Made by a program: the position numbers and the translations under genes
NCBI GenBank assembly: GCA_964645795.1
Contig: CAZYCL010000001.1
Coordinates: 287,194 to 351,193 of the forward strand
DNA: 64,000 nucleotides
Direction of reading: 5' to 3'
From: an uncultured Planctomycetales bacterium
GTDB lineage: Bacteria; Omnitrophota; Gorgyraeia; Gygaellales; Profunditerraquicolaceae
Notes under the pieces: model-generated
What the model was told of the DNA's origin: nothing
The model's database searches: none
What the model saw: only the letters and a program-made list of their open reading frames with translations
Part shown: piece by piece, positions 55,036 through 64,000 of the stretch
How positions within the stretch are numbered: the stretch's first letter is position 1
Layout of the letters: each line of letters begins with the position of its first letter

Positions 55036-57112
55036 GATCCTTAATCACTATCCTGCCGCCTATAAAATCCACATCCACTATGGCTTCCGGTCGGAAGCCG
55101 GCGAAGTAAGGCAGCGTCGATAGCTTTCTGGAGCGGTTCTCCACATAGACGTGTTCAACGCGCATTGCCTTGTTACCGTCCTTGAGTATGACCAACAAAG
55201 GATACTCCCACCAGTCCTTCTTTAAAACCAGCCCGACGTTCTTATAACCTTTTTCCCTTATATAACGATCAACCCTGCGGTATTCGTTTTCGATACCGGG
55301 CGATAATAAGAAATATTGGCTGAACCGCGTTCCGGAGAATATATTATCTTTACCCGCAAGCCTCCTGGTCCCGTTGAAAAACACCCAGGGCAACGCAAGA
55401 ATGAACAGCGTGACGCAGATGATGACCGGCGCCTTCAAATTCGAACGATAACGCAGCGCCAGCAACGCTAAGATGAAAAAACCCGCAAAGACATTAAAGG
55501 TGCCGCCAAAGAGTAAACAGGCGATCCTATCCAACGGGACAACCGGACCGTTACGCATCAACGCTTCGGTCAGGACCCCGCCGAAGTAAAGATACGCCAG
55601 GAATACCCCTGCAAGCAGCATAAATGTTTTCAGCGCTCTTCGGAATGCGGTTTTAGCGCGCAAAAATCCGGTGCCCTCTCCTGCCGGGGATAGCGCCGCT
55701 GCTACCGGAGCAGACCAGAGCACAAATAAAGGCAGGTGCAGACGGCTCTGCCACGGCGTCCATTTCAACAGCAGAGAAAATAACATAAATGCGCACGTCA
55801 TAGCCAGGAAATAGTGCTTCAAGCAAGCCGCTTGCCCCTTACGCAAGATCGCGATCCCCGCCGCCATTATTAATAACAGGTGCGCAAAATTACCGGCATG
55901 ATCCTCATAAAAGGAGAGCTTTATGTAATACTGCCAATAGGCAAAGGTGGTGCGCGGATCGCTTATATCCACGCCAAGGAGCCGGTGGACAAAGATCAAC
56001 GCCTTTTCCGTGAAGGCATTGAGAGCATCACCGGGCATCCCCAGGTGCAGGCCGATCTGTTTTAAAACGCTGGAGGCAAAGAGTGGCGGGGTAAAGGCGC
56101 TGTTAAGCTCCCTGCCGGTCCCGGCCAGGATGTTCCCATAGAGGAAGAGATTGCGCGTATAATGCCCCAGGTTAATAATGAGGGCGACCAGGAGCATGAC
56201 AACCACAGCCCTCCATAACCGCGGCCTGTCCGCAAAACGAGTAAATGAAGACAACCCAAGCCAGGCCATGAACGCAAGGGCGCAGATATAGGCCTGATGC
56301 TTGGTAAGAACAGCCAAACCAAGCGCTGCCCCGGCCAATAAGGCGTAGGTAACGCGCGGCGAACTTTTTAACAGCAGAAGAGTATAAACAAAACAAACCA
56401 ACCAGAAGCTTACGGCATAGTCATTAAGCGTGCCCGAAGACTGCAGGATGCCCATAGGTATGGTGGCAACCACTACGCCGGCAAAAAGCTGCCCCTGGCT
56501 TGCGGCCCCAAGCCGGCGCGCGATAAGCGATACGCCGATGATGCTGCCTATCATGCTCAGCCACTGGACGAAGCCGGCGAAACGGTCAGAGCCGCTTAGT
56601 ATCTGCAGATGCAGGATAGCAAACTCCGCCAAGGGATTACGGTGCAACTGCCTTTCGACATGCGTAGGATAATGCGCTATATTGCGGTCCTGTATCCAAT
56701 GGGATACCCTGGCCATATGATACGCCATTGAATCCCAATCATTAGGGGCACAGGTATAAGCGATGAGCGCCGTGGCGGCAACGATAAAAACTAAACAGCC
56801 AAGCAGCAAGACCGAGGATGGGCGTAGTTTAGAAGCTTTGAACCGGATAGCGGGTTTTTGCCTGCGGGCCAATATTGCCAGGAAAACGGACAATAACAAA
56901 CAGAGCGCGCCCCACGATACGGATAAACCGGGCAAGGTTATCAGGTTGAATAAACTCAAGAGCTCGGTCATCGCAGCCAACAAACACCCGAATGTCACGG
57001 CGCAAAACAGGAGGTTTTCGCGCAGGGATAACGCAGCGCCGCGGCCCGAGCTAAATGCGTTAAGTATCATGAAGATCAACAGAAAACAAAACAGTGGTAA
57101 GATCAATAACAT
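54977..57112 (-). CDS. GT-C fold membrane glycosyltransferase (ArnT/PMT, GT39/GT83-like), 711 aa
   Basis: About 13 TM helices and a C-terminal soluble domain. It is coupled to the GT2 gene. Confidence 0.55.
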   Translation of the reverse strand: MLLILPLFCFLLIFMILNAFSSGRGAALSLRENLLFCAVTFGCLLAAMTELLSLFNLITLPGLSVSWGALCLLLSVFLAILARRQKPAIRFKASKLRPSSVLLLGCLVFIVAATALIAYTCAPNDWDSMAYHMARVSHWIQDRNIAHYPTHVERQLHRNPLAEFAILHLQILSGSDRFAGFVQWLSMIGSIIGVSLIARRLGAASQGQLFAGVVVATIPMGILQSSGTLNDYAVSFWLVCFVYTLLLLKSSPRVTYALLAGAALGLAVLTKHQAYICALAFMAWLGLSSFTRFADRPRLWRAVVVMLLVALIINLGHYTRNLFLYGNILAGTGRELNSAFTPPLFASSVLKQIGLHLGMPGDALNAFTEKALIFVHRLLGVDISDPRTTFAYWQYYIKLSFYEDHAGNFAHLLLIMAAGIAILRKGQAACLKHYFLAMTCAFMLFSLLLKWTPWQSRLHLPLFVLWSAPVAAALSPAGEGTGFLRAKTAFRRALKTFMLLAGVFLAYLYFGGVLTEALMRNGPVVPLDRIACLLFGGTFNVFAGFFILALLALRYRSNLKAPVIICVTLFILALPWVFFNGTRRLAGKDNIFSGTRFSQYFLLSPGIENEYRRVDRYIREKGYKNVGLVLKKDWWEYPLLVILKDGNKAMRVEHVYVENRSRKLSTLPYFAGFRPEAIVDVDFIGGRIVIKDLVRGRQEVSYWDYTYADKK

Positions 57113-57194
57113 TATCGCTCCACGCCCGCCAGGTACGCCGCGCTAACCGAGCGGCACCCTGAATAAACACGCCGGCCCGGGTTTGCCGGCCGAT

Positions 57195-58754
57195 TCATTG
57201 TTGCCTGACGTAAACATGCCATCCGGCTAACTCCTCGATATCTATTCTTTTTGAGAACTCCGGCAAATAGCGCAGCACGCTTGTTGACCTCTGCAGGGCC
57301 TCATTTTCCGGCAGCACGACCATCGCCAGGCGCGGGGGAATATGCCTGAAGAACTGCTCCCTGCCCACCCGGTCACCGGCCAGCTCCCTATCCGCTATGG
57401 CGTCCGAAAAATGATAGGCCTTGCCTTCAACTGCCAGATGCAGCAGCGGATTTCCGGGAAAATAAACCTCTCCCTTATGCCGCTCAAGGAACCGGCAGGC
57501 CGGCGCATAGGGCTCCCTTAGCGACATTGAATCATCATAAGAATGGCTGAACAAATAAGGTAGGTTCACCAGAAGGAAAGCCGCGACCATTATCCTGGCC
57601 AGCGCAGGCATGCCCCGTCCTCCCTTGTCTGCAGTATCGGAAATAACGCCGGCCAAGGCGGCTGAGGCAGCGATGAAAAAATAGTAAGTGATAAAACTAA
57701 GGGTATTCAGCGCGCCTCCGGCCTTCAGCTTTGTCAAAACCGACACAGGCATCAAGGCCAGGCTTAAAAACAAGAATATCAGCCAACGGTCTTGCCGCAG
57801 CATCTGCCTGATCCCGAAAGCCTTGCCGCAAAAAATAAGCCCTGCCAAGGCCAAAGAGATAAACACGAATAGCCCGCAGCCAAGCTCCCTGGTCAAAAGG
57901 TATCTTAAGGGGTAGGTAAAGTAAGGGCTGAAGGGATGTTTCATAGGCATGAGGAACAGGTTATAAAACATGGCTTCCGGATCGAAGAAGCTGAAAAACA
58001 CCAAAGCTGTGACGGCGCTCCAGGCCAGAAGATAGATTACATAGCGCAAGAAAACTTTTCTGCCCCAAGCCAAATATAAGTAAAACGGCAGGGCCAGGAT
58101 CCCCGCCAGCATTACCTGTTTAGTCCAGCAGGCCAATACAGCCAGAAGGCTTGAAGCCGCCAGGAGAACCCTATCCCGGTCGTCACGGAGCCGCAAAAGA
58201 GCTAATCCCGCCAGCGCCCCGAGCCCCAAAGCCGGGGCATCGGCGTGGATGGAAAGGAAGGTGTCTTTGAGCGAATCCGCCCCGGAGGCAAAACAAAAAA
58301 AGACAAAAAAAGCGGCCCAGGCCGTAACCCGCCTGTGCGGACCGCCGGATGCCGAGAAAATAATGAATAAAACCGGCAGCAATGCAAAGCCTGCGGATAA
58401 CCAAAGGCCGCAGATCAACGCCCCCTTTAGAGAAGGAAAGATAACCGCGGGCAGATAGGCTGCCGCTGCTAACGGCCCGTAGATGTGGCCGGAGATCACG
58501 CCCTCGCCAGGCAGGGTATAAAGCGCAAAGCCCTTTGCCAGCATGAACGACGGAGCCAGCCTGCAGCAGTTCCATTGCGAAAGGCTATATTGCAGTGATA
58601 TCCGGGAGACGATAAAGAGAGCCGCGGCAAACCCCATGAGGATATTCGTAAAAACCAGCAGCTTCACCGGGAACTCGCAACGGGAGAACTTGAGGGGGAT
58701 ATAAATCGAAAGCGCTAAAGCGATGAGGAAATAGCAGGATATGAAGAAAAGCAT
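57195..58754 (-). CDS. Large polytopic membrane protein, possibly a second GT-C-type transferase
   Basis: 519 aa, about 12 TM helices and a C-terminal soluble domain. It is the first gene of the operon. Confidence 0.4.
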   Translation of the reverse strand: MLFFISCYFLIALALSIYIPLKFSRCEFPVKLLVFTNILMGFAAALFIVSRISLQYSLSQWNCCRLAPSFMLAKGFALYTLPGEGVISGHIYGPLAAAAYLPAVIFPSLKGALICGLWLSAGFALLPVLFIIFSASGGPHRRVTAWAAFFVFFCFASGADSLKDTFLSIHADAPALGLGALAGLALLRLRDDRDRVLLAASSLLAVLACWTKQVMLAGILALPFYLYLAWGRKVFLRYVIYLLAWSAVTALVFFSFFDPEAMFYNLFLMPMKHPFSPYFTYPLRYLLTRELGCGLFVFISLALAGLIFCGKAFGIRQMLRQDRWLIFLFLSLALMPVSVLTKLKAGGALNTLSFITYYFFIAASAALAGVISDTADKGGRGMPALARIMVAAFLLVNLPYLFSHSYDDSMSLREPYAPACRFLERHKGEVYFPGNPLLHLAVEGKAYHFSDAIADRELAGDRVGREQFFRHIPPRLAMVVLPENEALQRSTSVLRYLPEFSKRIDIEELAGWHVYVRQQ

Positions 58755-58879
58755 GAATTTAAACTATATCCTTTTTTCCCAACGCCGGCTGGAGCTGAGC
58801 GGTCAGCGGCAGGAATGCATACTTGAAGATCAATTTTAACATAGATAAGGACCCCGTTCAATCCATTTATAAACGGGGG

Positions 58880-59209
58880 TTAAACCCTGCAGCCGCAGTT
58901 CTTATTACGCAATATCTCGGCCTGTCTCTTTGGGGAATCGACAAATTCAGATTGTTTCCTGGCGCCCAGGGCAAACCTTTTCTCAAGCCTGCTGTTATGC
59001 CGATAACCTCTCCTGAGCAGCTCTTTAACAAGCAAGCCGTGCCTTGAATACAGGGCTGCAAGCTTGCCCTTCCATCGCAGGGTTTCCGGATGCCGGCAAT
59101 AGCCCTTTTTGTCCTTTGTCAAGACGCTCCATACCGCGTGCACCTCCCTGTGCTCTCCCAACAGGTGATTGCGGCATAGCTTCTCAGGCGCAATATCCCA
59201 GACCCTCAT
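58880..59209 (-). CDS. Pyrimidine dimer DNA glycosylase (T4 endonuclease V/Pdg-like) family protein
   Basis: MRVWDIAPEKLCRNHLLGEHRE...GYCRHPETLRW resembles the MRLWSLHPKYL...HPQ N-terminal region of Pdg-like proteins. Confidence 0.45.
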   Translation of the reverse strand: MRVWDIAPEKLCRNHLLGEHREVHAVWSVLTKDKKGYCRHPETLRWKGKLAALYSRHGLLVKELLRRGYRHNSRLEKRFALGARKQSEFVDSPKRQAEILRNKNCGCRV

Positions 59210-59215
59210 GCCTGC

Positions 59216-61147
59216 TCATATTATCTTCGCCTCAAGGCCTCCTATTTCCAGCCTTAGCAAAGATATCTCCTTGCCTATTTCCTTGATGCGCCGGCCGTAC
59301 TCTTTGGCCTTTTCTTCATCGTGGTAGAACTTGGGGTTTGAGAGCGAACGCGCCTTGGCATAGCTCTCAAGCTCTAGCCTCTCTATCCGGACCTGCAGCT
59401 TATTGATCTGGTTGCGGATCTGGGCATTATAGGCCTTGCGCTGTTTTTCTTCGGTCCGGCGCCTCTTCTCCTCTTCCCTGTCCCTTTCCCTGGCCTCTTC
59501 TGCCTTCTTTCTTTCGGCCTCATGCAATGAAAGCTTCTTAGCCGGCTGGATATCCGGCATGGATTTGCGCTTTTCAAGGTAATAATCGAAGGTCCCCGGG
59601 TATTTACGGACTGCGCCGTTCTTTACTTCATAGACGACATTGGCCAGGGAACGCACAAAATGAATATCGTGGCTGATAAAGACGACCGTCCCCTGGTATT
59701 CGCTTAGCGCCCTGATCAGGGCGTCAACGGCGTCAACATCCAGATGGGTTGTCGGCTCATCAAGTAAAAGGAAGTTGGGAGGATTTATTAAAAGCTTTGC
59801 CAGGATCAGCCTGCTCTTCTCTCCGCCCGACAATACTTTTACGCTCTTGTCCGCGTCATCGCCGCCAAACAGGAACGCGCCCAGGATCGTGCGGATCGCC
59901 TCTTCCGCCATAAATCCCGGTGCCGCAGTGTAGGCCTCGCGAAGCACCGTATTCTCAGGATTCAACACATCCATCCTGGTCTGAGAAAAGTAGCCTATTT
60001 CGACGTTATAACCGACGGTGCGCTCCCCGGAATCTACCGGGACTACTCCGGCCAGGATCTTAAGCAGCGTGGACTTGCCTGCCCCGTTCTCGCCTGCCAG
60101 GACGGCTTTTTCGCCTTGCGTTATCTCAAAATCAAAATCCTGATAAACCCTGATATCTCCGTAGGACTTGGCGATCTTGTCCAGCTTCATCACCCTGTGG
60201 CCGCTGCGCCAGGTCTGAGGAAAACGGAAATCGTTTATACTGCGCCGGATATCCGGCGGCAGCGCCACCTGCTCTTTTTCCAGCCGCTCCAACTGCGTGC
60301 GTTTGGCCCGCACTGACTGGGCCTTATTGGGCTGGGCGTGGAAACGGCTGACAAACTCCTCAAGCTGCTGGCGCTTCTTCTCCTGCTCCTTGAACTGTTT
60401 CTCCAGATGCAGCCGTTTCTCTTTTTTTATCTGTTCGTAATGGGTGTAATTTCCGTGCACCTTGAAGATTCCGCCGTTCTCAAGGACAAGGGTGTAGTTG
60501 GTCACCTCATTCAGGAAGGCCTTGTCGTGGGAGATCATCAGAAAAGTGCCTTTGAAGCCGGCAAGGTAATCCTTAAGCCAAAGCGCGGCGCCCAGGTCAA
60601 GATAGTTGGTAGGCTCATCCAGGAGGAGCAGGTCGTAGGGATAAGTGAGAAGCTTGCCTAAAAGCGCGCGCATCTGCCAGCCGCCGCTTAAATTCGATAT
60701 CGGACGGCCGAAGTCGCGCTCTTTAAAACCCAGGCCGGAGAGTATCTTTTTCGCCTTATGCTCAAGCTCAAAGAACCCCATCGACTCCAGCTCGTGAAGT
60801 ATGTCGCCGTAACGAAGGCTGTCCGCCTGATCGCCCTCTTCAAGGCGCTGCTTCTCCTCTTTCAGGCGCATTATCCGTTCATCGCCTTCCGTGAGCTCCG
60901 CTAAAACCGAGCGCTCTGAATGAAAGCTTGACTCCTGGGCCAGATGGCCGATATGGGTATTCTTTATTACCGTTACCTGTCCGGATGACGGCTCTACCTC
61001 GCCGAGGATCAAGGAAAACAAAGTGCTCTTGCCGGCCCCGTTAGGGCCGATAAGGCCTATCTTCTCTCCCCGGTTTATGCTTAAAGAGATGTCCCGGAAG
61101 AGGATCTTTTGTCCGTAGTTTTTGGAGAGGCTGCTTATGCTGATCAT
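59216..61147 (-). CDS. ABC-F family ATPase (two tandem ABC domains, C-terminal coiled coil)
   Basis: Two Walker A motifs (GPNGAGKST, GENGAGKST), two LSGG signatures, no TM domain. Confidence 0.8.
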   Translation of the reverse strand: MISISSLSKNYGQKILFRDISLSINRGEKIGLIGPNGAGKSTLFSLILGEVEPSSGQVTVIKNTHIGHLAQESSFHSERSVLAELTEGDERIMRLKEEKQRLEEGDQADSLRYGDILHELESMGFFELEHKAKKILSGLGFKERDFGRPISNLSGGWQMRALLGKLLTYPYDLLLLDEPTNYLDLGAALWLKDYLAGFKGTFLMISHDKAFLNEVTNYTLVLENGGIFKVHGNYTHYEQIKKEKRLHLEKQFKEQEKKRQQLEEFVSRFHAQPNKAQSVRAKRTQLERLEKEQVALPPDIRRSINDFRFPQTWRSGHRVMKLDKIAKSYGDIRVYQDFDFEITQGEKAVLAGENGAGKSTLLKILAGVVPVDSGERTVGYNVEIGYFSQTRMDVLNPENTVLREAYTAAPGFMAEEAIRTILGAFLFGGDDADKSVKVLSGGEKSRLILAKLLINPPNFLLLDEPTTHLDVDAVDALIRALSEYQGTVVFISHDIHFVRSLANVVYEVKNGAVRKYPGTFDYYLEKRKSMPDIQPAKKLSLHEAERKKAEEARERDREEEKRRRTEEKQRKAYNAQIRNQINKLQVRIERLELESYAKARSLSNPKFYHDEEKAKEYGRRIKEIGKEISLLRLEIGGLEAKII

Positions 61148-61153
61148 CTAGAG

Positions 61154-61753
61154 CTAGATCGCGCGGCGGGCCTCAAGGGCCTTGGAAAGGGTGGAAGAAT
61201 CCGCGTATTCGAGGTTTGAGCCGACGGGAATGCCCAGGCCTATGCGGCTGATATGCACGCCGTAGGGCTTGAGCATCTTATTAAGATATATGGCGGTGGT
61301 TTCGCCCTCGGTATCGGCGTCGGTGGCGATGATGACTTCTTTTACGTTGCTTTCTTTGAGGCGGCTGACCAGGCCTTCGACCTTGAGATCCCCCGGCCCC
61401 CTGCCTTCCAGCGGCGAGATAGAACCCAGAAGCACATGATATATCCCGTTGTAATTGCCGGCTTTCTCAAGCGCCGTGACGTCGCTGGGTTTCTCTACTA
61501 TGCAGATGGTATCCTTGAACCTGCGCACATCCTGGCATATCCTGCAGAACTCCTCTTCGCTCAGGTTGTTGCAGGCCTTGCAAAAACGCACCGTATCTTT
61601 TACGCGGGATATGGACTCGGAGAGGGCCTTGGCCTCGGAAGCAGACGCCCCCAGGATGTGGCCGACGATACGCTCAGCGCTCCTCCTGCCTATACCGGGC
61701 AGCTTGGTAAGGCATTCGATAAGCTTTTCTATGGACTCGGTATATATCGACAT
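61154..61753 (-). CDS. recR: Recombination protein RecR
   Basis: HhH LPGIGRRSAERI, zinc finger CxxC..CxxC, Toprim domain. Confidence 0.9.
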   Translation of the reverse strand: MSIYTESIEKLIECLTKLPGIGRRSAERIVGHILGASASEAKALSESISRVKDTVRFCKACNNLSEEEFCRICQDVRRFKDTICIVEKPSDVTALEKAGNYNGIYHVLLGSISPLEGRGPGDLKVEGLVSRLKESNVKEVIIATDADTEGETTAIYLNKMLKPYGVHISRIGLGIPVGSNLEYADSSTLSKALEARRAI

Positions 61754-63396
61754 TATCCCTCTCTTACTACCCTGCCGCCGAAAAGCTCGATGGCGGACTT
61801 CAGGAACTGGCTATCTTCCTCCTGCCTGGCAGGCGTATCCGATGAAAGGATGAAGTTCACTCTCATTTGGGCGTTACATGACTCGCACAGGCACTTTTCG
61901 ATAAGCGCCCGGTTCTCCCGCGACTCCAGCGACTCCTTATGCAGGGAATAGGTTTTGGGGAATGATACCGTCAGGACATTGCCCTGGACCTTCAACGGCT
62001 GGCCCTCGCTCAAATACGTAGAAGTCGACATCTTGACCTTGGCAAGGCTGTCGATCATCTTCTGCCAGGCGCCCTTTATCAGCTCCAGAGAAACGCAGCA
62101 GGCATCCTTGGCCGGCTGCGCATCCATACCTTGCACTTCCGGGCCATTCTCTTTCTTGGGAACAGGAGAAAATATCTTCTCCCTGATATCGGCGGCGCTC
62201 AATAACTGCCCTTTAGAAAACTGTTTTTTCTGGGCCGTCTCGCCAGCCTGCGGCTGAGGCTGTGCCGCAGGGGCATTCTCTCGAGGTTGGGGCCTTTGCG
62301 CCGGCTGGTCTTTTGTTATGGTAAGCTTTATAAGGCTTACCTCCAGAGGTATGCGCAGAGAGTCTATCCTCTTGGCCATCTCCTGCGCCGAGACCAGGGT
62401 GTTGAACGCCAGGAAAATCTCCTCAAGGCCCATCCTGCGGCTTTGCTCCAGGAGTTTTTCGCAAATCTCCGCGGGCAGGTCCACGAGCTTCGGGTCTCCG
62501 GAGCTTACCCTGGAGACCATAAGGTTGCGGAAATGTTCGATAAGGCTGGCCAGGAATACCGACATGTCCTTGCCGTTATCGATAAGGCGGTTAAACAATG
62601 CCAGTGCCGCGCGGGAGTCTTTGCGGATGATCTGCTCCGTCAGCTCAAACAACGCCTCCTGATCGACTAACCCCAGCATCGAAACCACGTCATTTAATAC
62701 CAGCCTGTCTTTGGAGAAAGAAACCAGCTGATCCAGGACGCTTTCGGCGTCGCGTAGAGACCCGTCGCTGGAGCGGGCGAGAGCGTAGAGCACCTCTTTG
62801 TCGACATCGATCTTCTCGGCAGAAGCTATCCTCTGCAGCTGTTCAACCATCTCCAGCACGCTGATGCGCTTAAAATCAAAACGCTGGCAGCGGGAAAGTA
62901 TGGTCGGGATGACCTTATTGGGATTGGTCGTGGCGAATATGAACTTGACGTATGGCGGAGGCTCTTCCAGCGTCTTTAAAAGCGCGTTGAAGGCCTCGGT
63001 AGTGAGCATGTGCACTTCATCGATGATATATATCTTGAACTTCCCGCAGACGGGGGCGAATTTAACGTTCTCGCGCAACACGCGTATCTCATCTATGCCG
63101 CGGTTGGAAGCGCCGTCTATTTCGATAACGTCCAGGCTCCTGCCGTCGTTTATCTGACTGCAGCCTGAACAGGCATTACAGGGATTATCTGTTGGTCCGT
63201 TCTGGCAATTGAGGGACTTGGCCAGGATCCTGGCCGTGGTGGTCTTGCCTACCCCGCGGGGTCCGGCAAAAAGATAGGCTGAAGCTATCCGGTTCTTCTG
63301 GATCGCGTTCTTGAGGGTGAGGATTATGTGCGGCTGTCCGACGACCTCGTCAAAATTCTTCGGGCGCCACTTGAGGGCAAAAACTTTATAGGGCAT
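61753..63396 (-). CDS. dnaX: DNA polymerase III subunit gamma/tau
   Basis: GPRGVGKTT Walker A, the zinc module CQNGPTDNPCNACSGC, and a tau C-terminal region. Confidence 0.9.
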   Translation of the reverse strand: MPYKVFALKWRPKNFDEVVGQPHIILTLKNAIQKNRIASAYLFAGPRGVGKTTTARILAKSLNCQNGPTDNPCNACSGCSQINDGRSLDVIEIDGASNRGIDEIRVLRENVKFAPVCGKFKIYIIDEVHMLTTEAFNALLKTLEEPPPYVKFIFATTNPNKVIPTILSRCQRFDFKRISVLEMVEQLQRIASAEKIDVDKEVLYALARSSDGSLRDAESVLDQLVSFSKDRLVLNDVVSMLGLVDQEALFELTEQIIRKDSRAALALFNRLIDNGKDMSVFLASLIEHFRNLMVSRVSSGDPKLVDLPAEICEKLLEQSRRMGLEEIFLAFNTLVSAQEMAKRIDSLRIPLEVSLIKLTITKDQPAQRPQPRENAPAAQPQPQAGETAQKKQFSKGQLLSAADIREKIFSPVPKKENGPEVQGMDAQPAKDACCVSLELIKGAWQKMIDSLAKVKMSTSTYLSEGQPLKVQGNVLTVSFPKTYSLHKESLESRENRALIEKCLCESCNAQMRVNFILSSDTPARQEEDSQFLKSAIELFGGRVVREG

Positions 63397-63515
63397 TGCA
63401 ATATATTTGCTGCCGGCTTTCTGGCTTGCGCGGCGCGACTCGTCAACGTAATTCTTGTTTTATAATACCACTAACGCGTGCGGTTTTCAAGGTATTTGTC
63501 TTATATTTAGCGCCG

Positions 63516-64000
63516 CTACGCGCGGTCTGCGAACGCCAGGGACCGCGCGTCGCGATAGGCCATATAGAAGAAAAGAACGGTATCCAGGAACAACAGCTCG
63601 TAGCGCCTGGCGACGACGTCTTCCTTGACAAACCGCCAACTCTGCTCTTTAAGATGCTCCCGGAAGGCGCATTTCAGGAAAGATGCGAGGTCTTTCTTTG
63701 CGTAAATGCTTTCGAAGTTGGCGGACCACCAGTAACGGTAAGCCGTCTTTAGTATAGAGGCAAAGCTATCGCGGCGCAGGTGCTTTACCACGGCGGCAGG
63801 TTCGTACATTAGCGAAAAACCGCAGGCGCCAAGGCGCCTTGAAATGTCCACGTCTTCTCCGTTAGTCCTATAAGTTTCGTTATACCAGCCCGCCTTTTCA
63901 AGGGCGCTTTTTCTGACGAGCCCGTCGTGGCCGAAGATGAACTCGGGGTCGCGCCGGGGACTTTCTCCCCAGTGCTGACACATGTGCGCCGCACGCCAGC
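63516..64000 (-). CDS. GT2 glycosyltransferase, C-terminal part (the 5' end lies beyond the window)
   Basis: The ORF is open to the window edge. GT2-like C-terminal region. Confidence 0.5.
   Translation of the reverse strand, partial: WRAAHMCQHWGESPRRDPEFIFGHDGLVRKSALEKAGWYNETYRTNGEDVDISRRLGACGFSLMYEPAAVVKHLRRDSFASILKTAYRYWWSANFESIYAKKDLASFLKCAFREHLKEQSWRFVKEDVVARRYELLFLDTVLFFYMAYRDARSLAFADRA

Noticed and set aside
61753-63396. Programmed -1 frameshift site in dnaX
   Set aside because: No A-AAA-AAG heptamer was found. The only A-run encodes QKKQ as AGAAAAAAC.
63397-63515. Possible SRP RNA (ffs) upstream of dnaX, as found in E. coli and B. subtilis
   Set aside because: I looked for the domain IV motif (AGGUCAGGUCCGGAAGGAAGCAGC) on both strands. 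Only a weak CCAGAAAGCCGGCAGC resemblance was found, which is not enough to call.

Overview
This is a 64 kb bacterial window of roughly 55-58% GC, with a ~3.6 kb AT-rich island at 43.76-47.33 kb. It is gene-dense with many overlapping (translationally coupled) genes, and several promoters look leaderless. All calls are read by eye from the sequence and the ORF track. No searches were run.

Content, left to right:
- 1-0.9 kb: a 3'-truncated geranylgeranyl-reductase-family flavoprotein.
- 1.0-8.9 kb, minus strand: an exopolysaccharide export locus. It has a TPR protein, a Wzy/O-antigen-ligase-like membrane protein, a Wzc-like tyrosine autokinase, Wza, a beta-barrel outer membrane protein, a PilZ c-di-GMP receptor and a PF14907-like nucleotidyltransferase.
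- 8.9-12.9 kb: a Ni/Co ECF transporter cbiM(PDGLE fusion)-cbiQ-cbiO, led by a porin gene with a sigma70-like promoter.
- 13-20.4 kb: DoxX, an NDH-2-like flavoprotein, and a carotenoid cluster (GGPP synthase, heterodimeric lycopene cyclase crtYc/Yd, crtB, ispH, crtI).
- 20.4-26.7 kb: greA, an EFR1-type flavodoxin-ferredoxin, a thioesterase, and a macB-macA-tolC efflux operon led by an AbrB-family gene.
- 26.9-31.3 kb: hflKC, DUF502, a ClC channel.
- 31.4-35.4 kb: an unusual fusion protein (CrtC/AttH-like hydratase domain plus polyprenyl-synthase-like domain) followed by a MacB/LolCDE-type ABC exporter.
- 35.3-39.8 kb: an iron/oxidative-stress locus (Fur-family regulator, ferritin-like protein, ZIP transporter, a membrane protein, a desulforedoxin ORF missing from the track, a two-helix erythrin-like protein, MbfA-like erythrin-VIT1).
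- 39.9-43.2 kb: an SGNH hydrolase, an FkbM methyltransferase, a radical SAM protein.
- 43.43-43.75 kb: a tRNA-Asn(GUU) gene interrupted in the anticodon loop by a ~241-nt group I intron.
- 43.76-47.33 kb: the AT-rich island, with tandem SGNH paralogues and duplicated 3' modules.
- 47.6-50.7 kb: GT4 plus GH15.
- 51.8-58.8 kb: a lipid-linked glycosylation-type operon (SGNH, Glf-like flavoprotein, GT2, GT-C membrane transferase, second large membrane protein).
- 58.9-64 kb: a Pdg-like gene, ABC-F, recR, dnaX, and a partial GT2 gene.

The top candidates for something undescribed are the intron-containing tRNA-Asn, the CrtC-polyprenyl synthase fusion with its exporter, and the split desulforedoxin/erythrin/MbfA operon.
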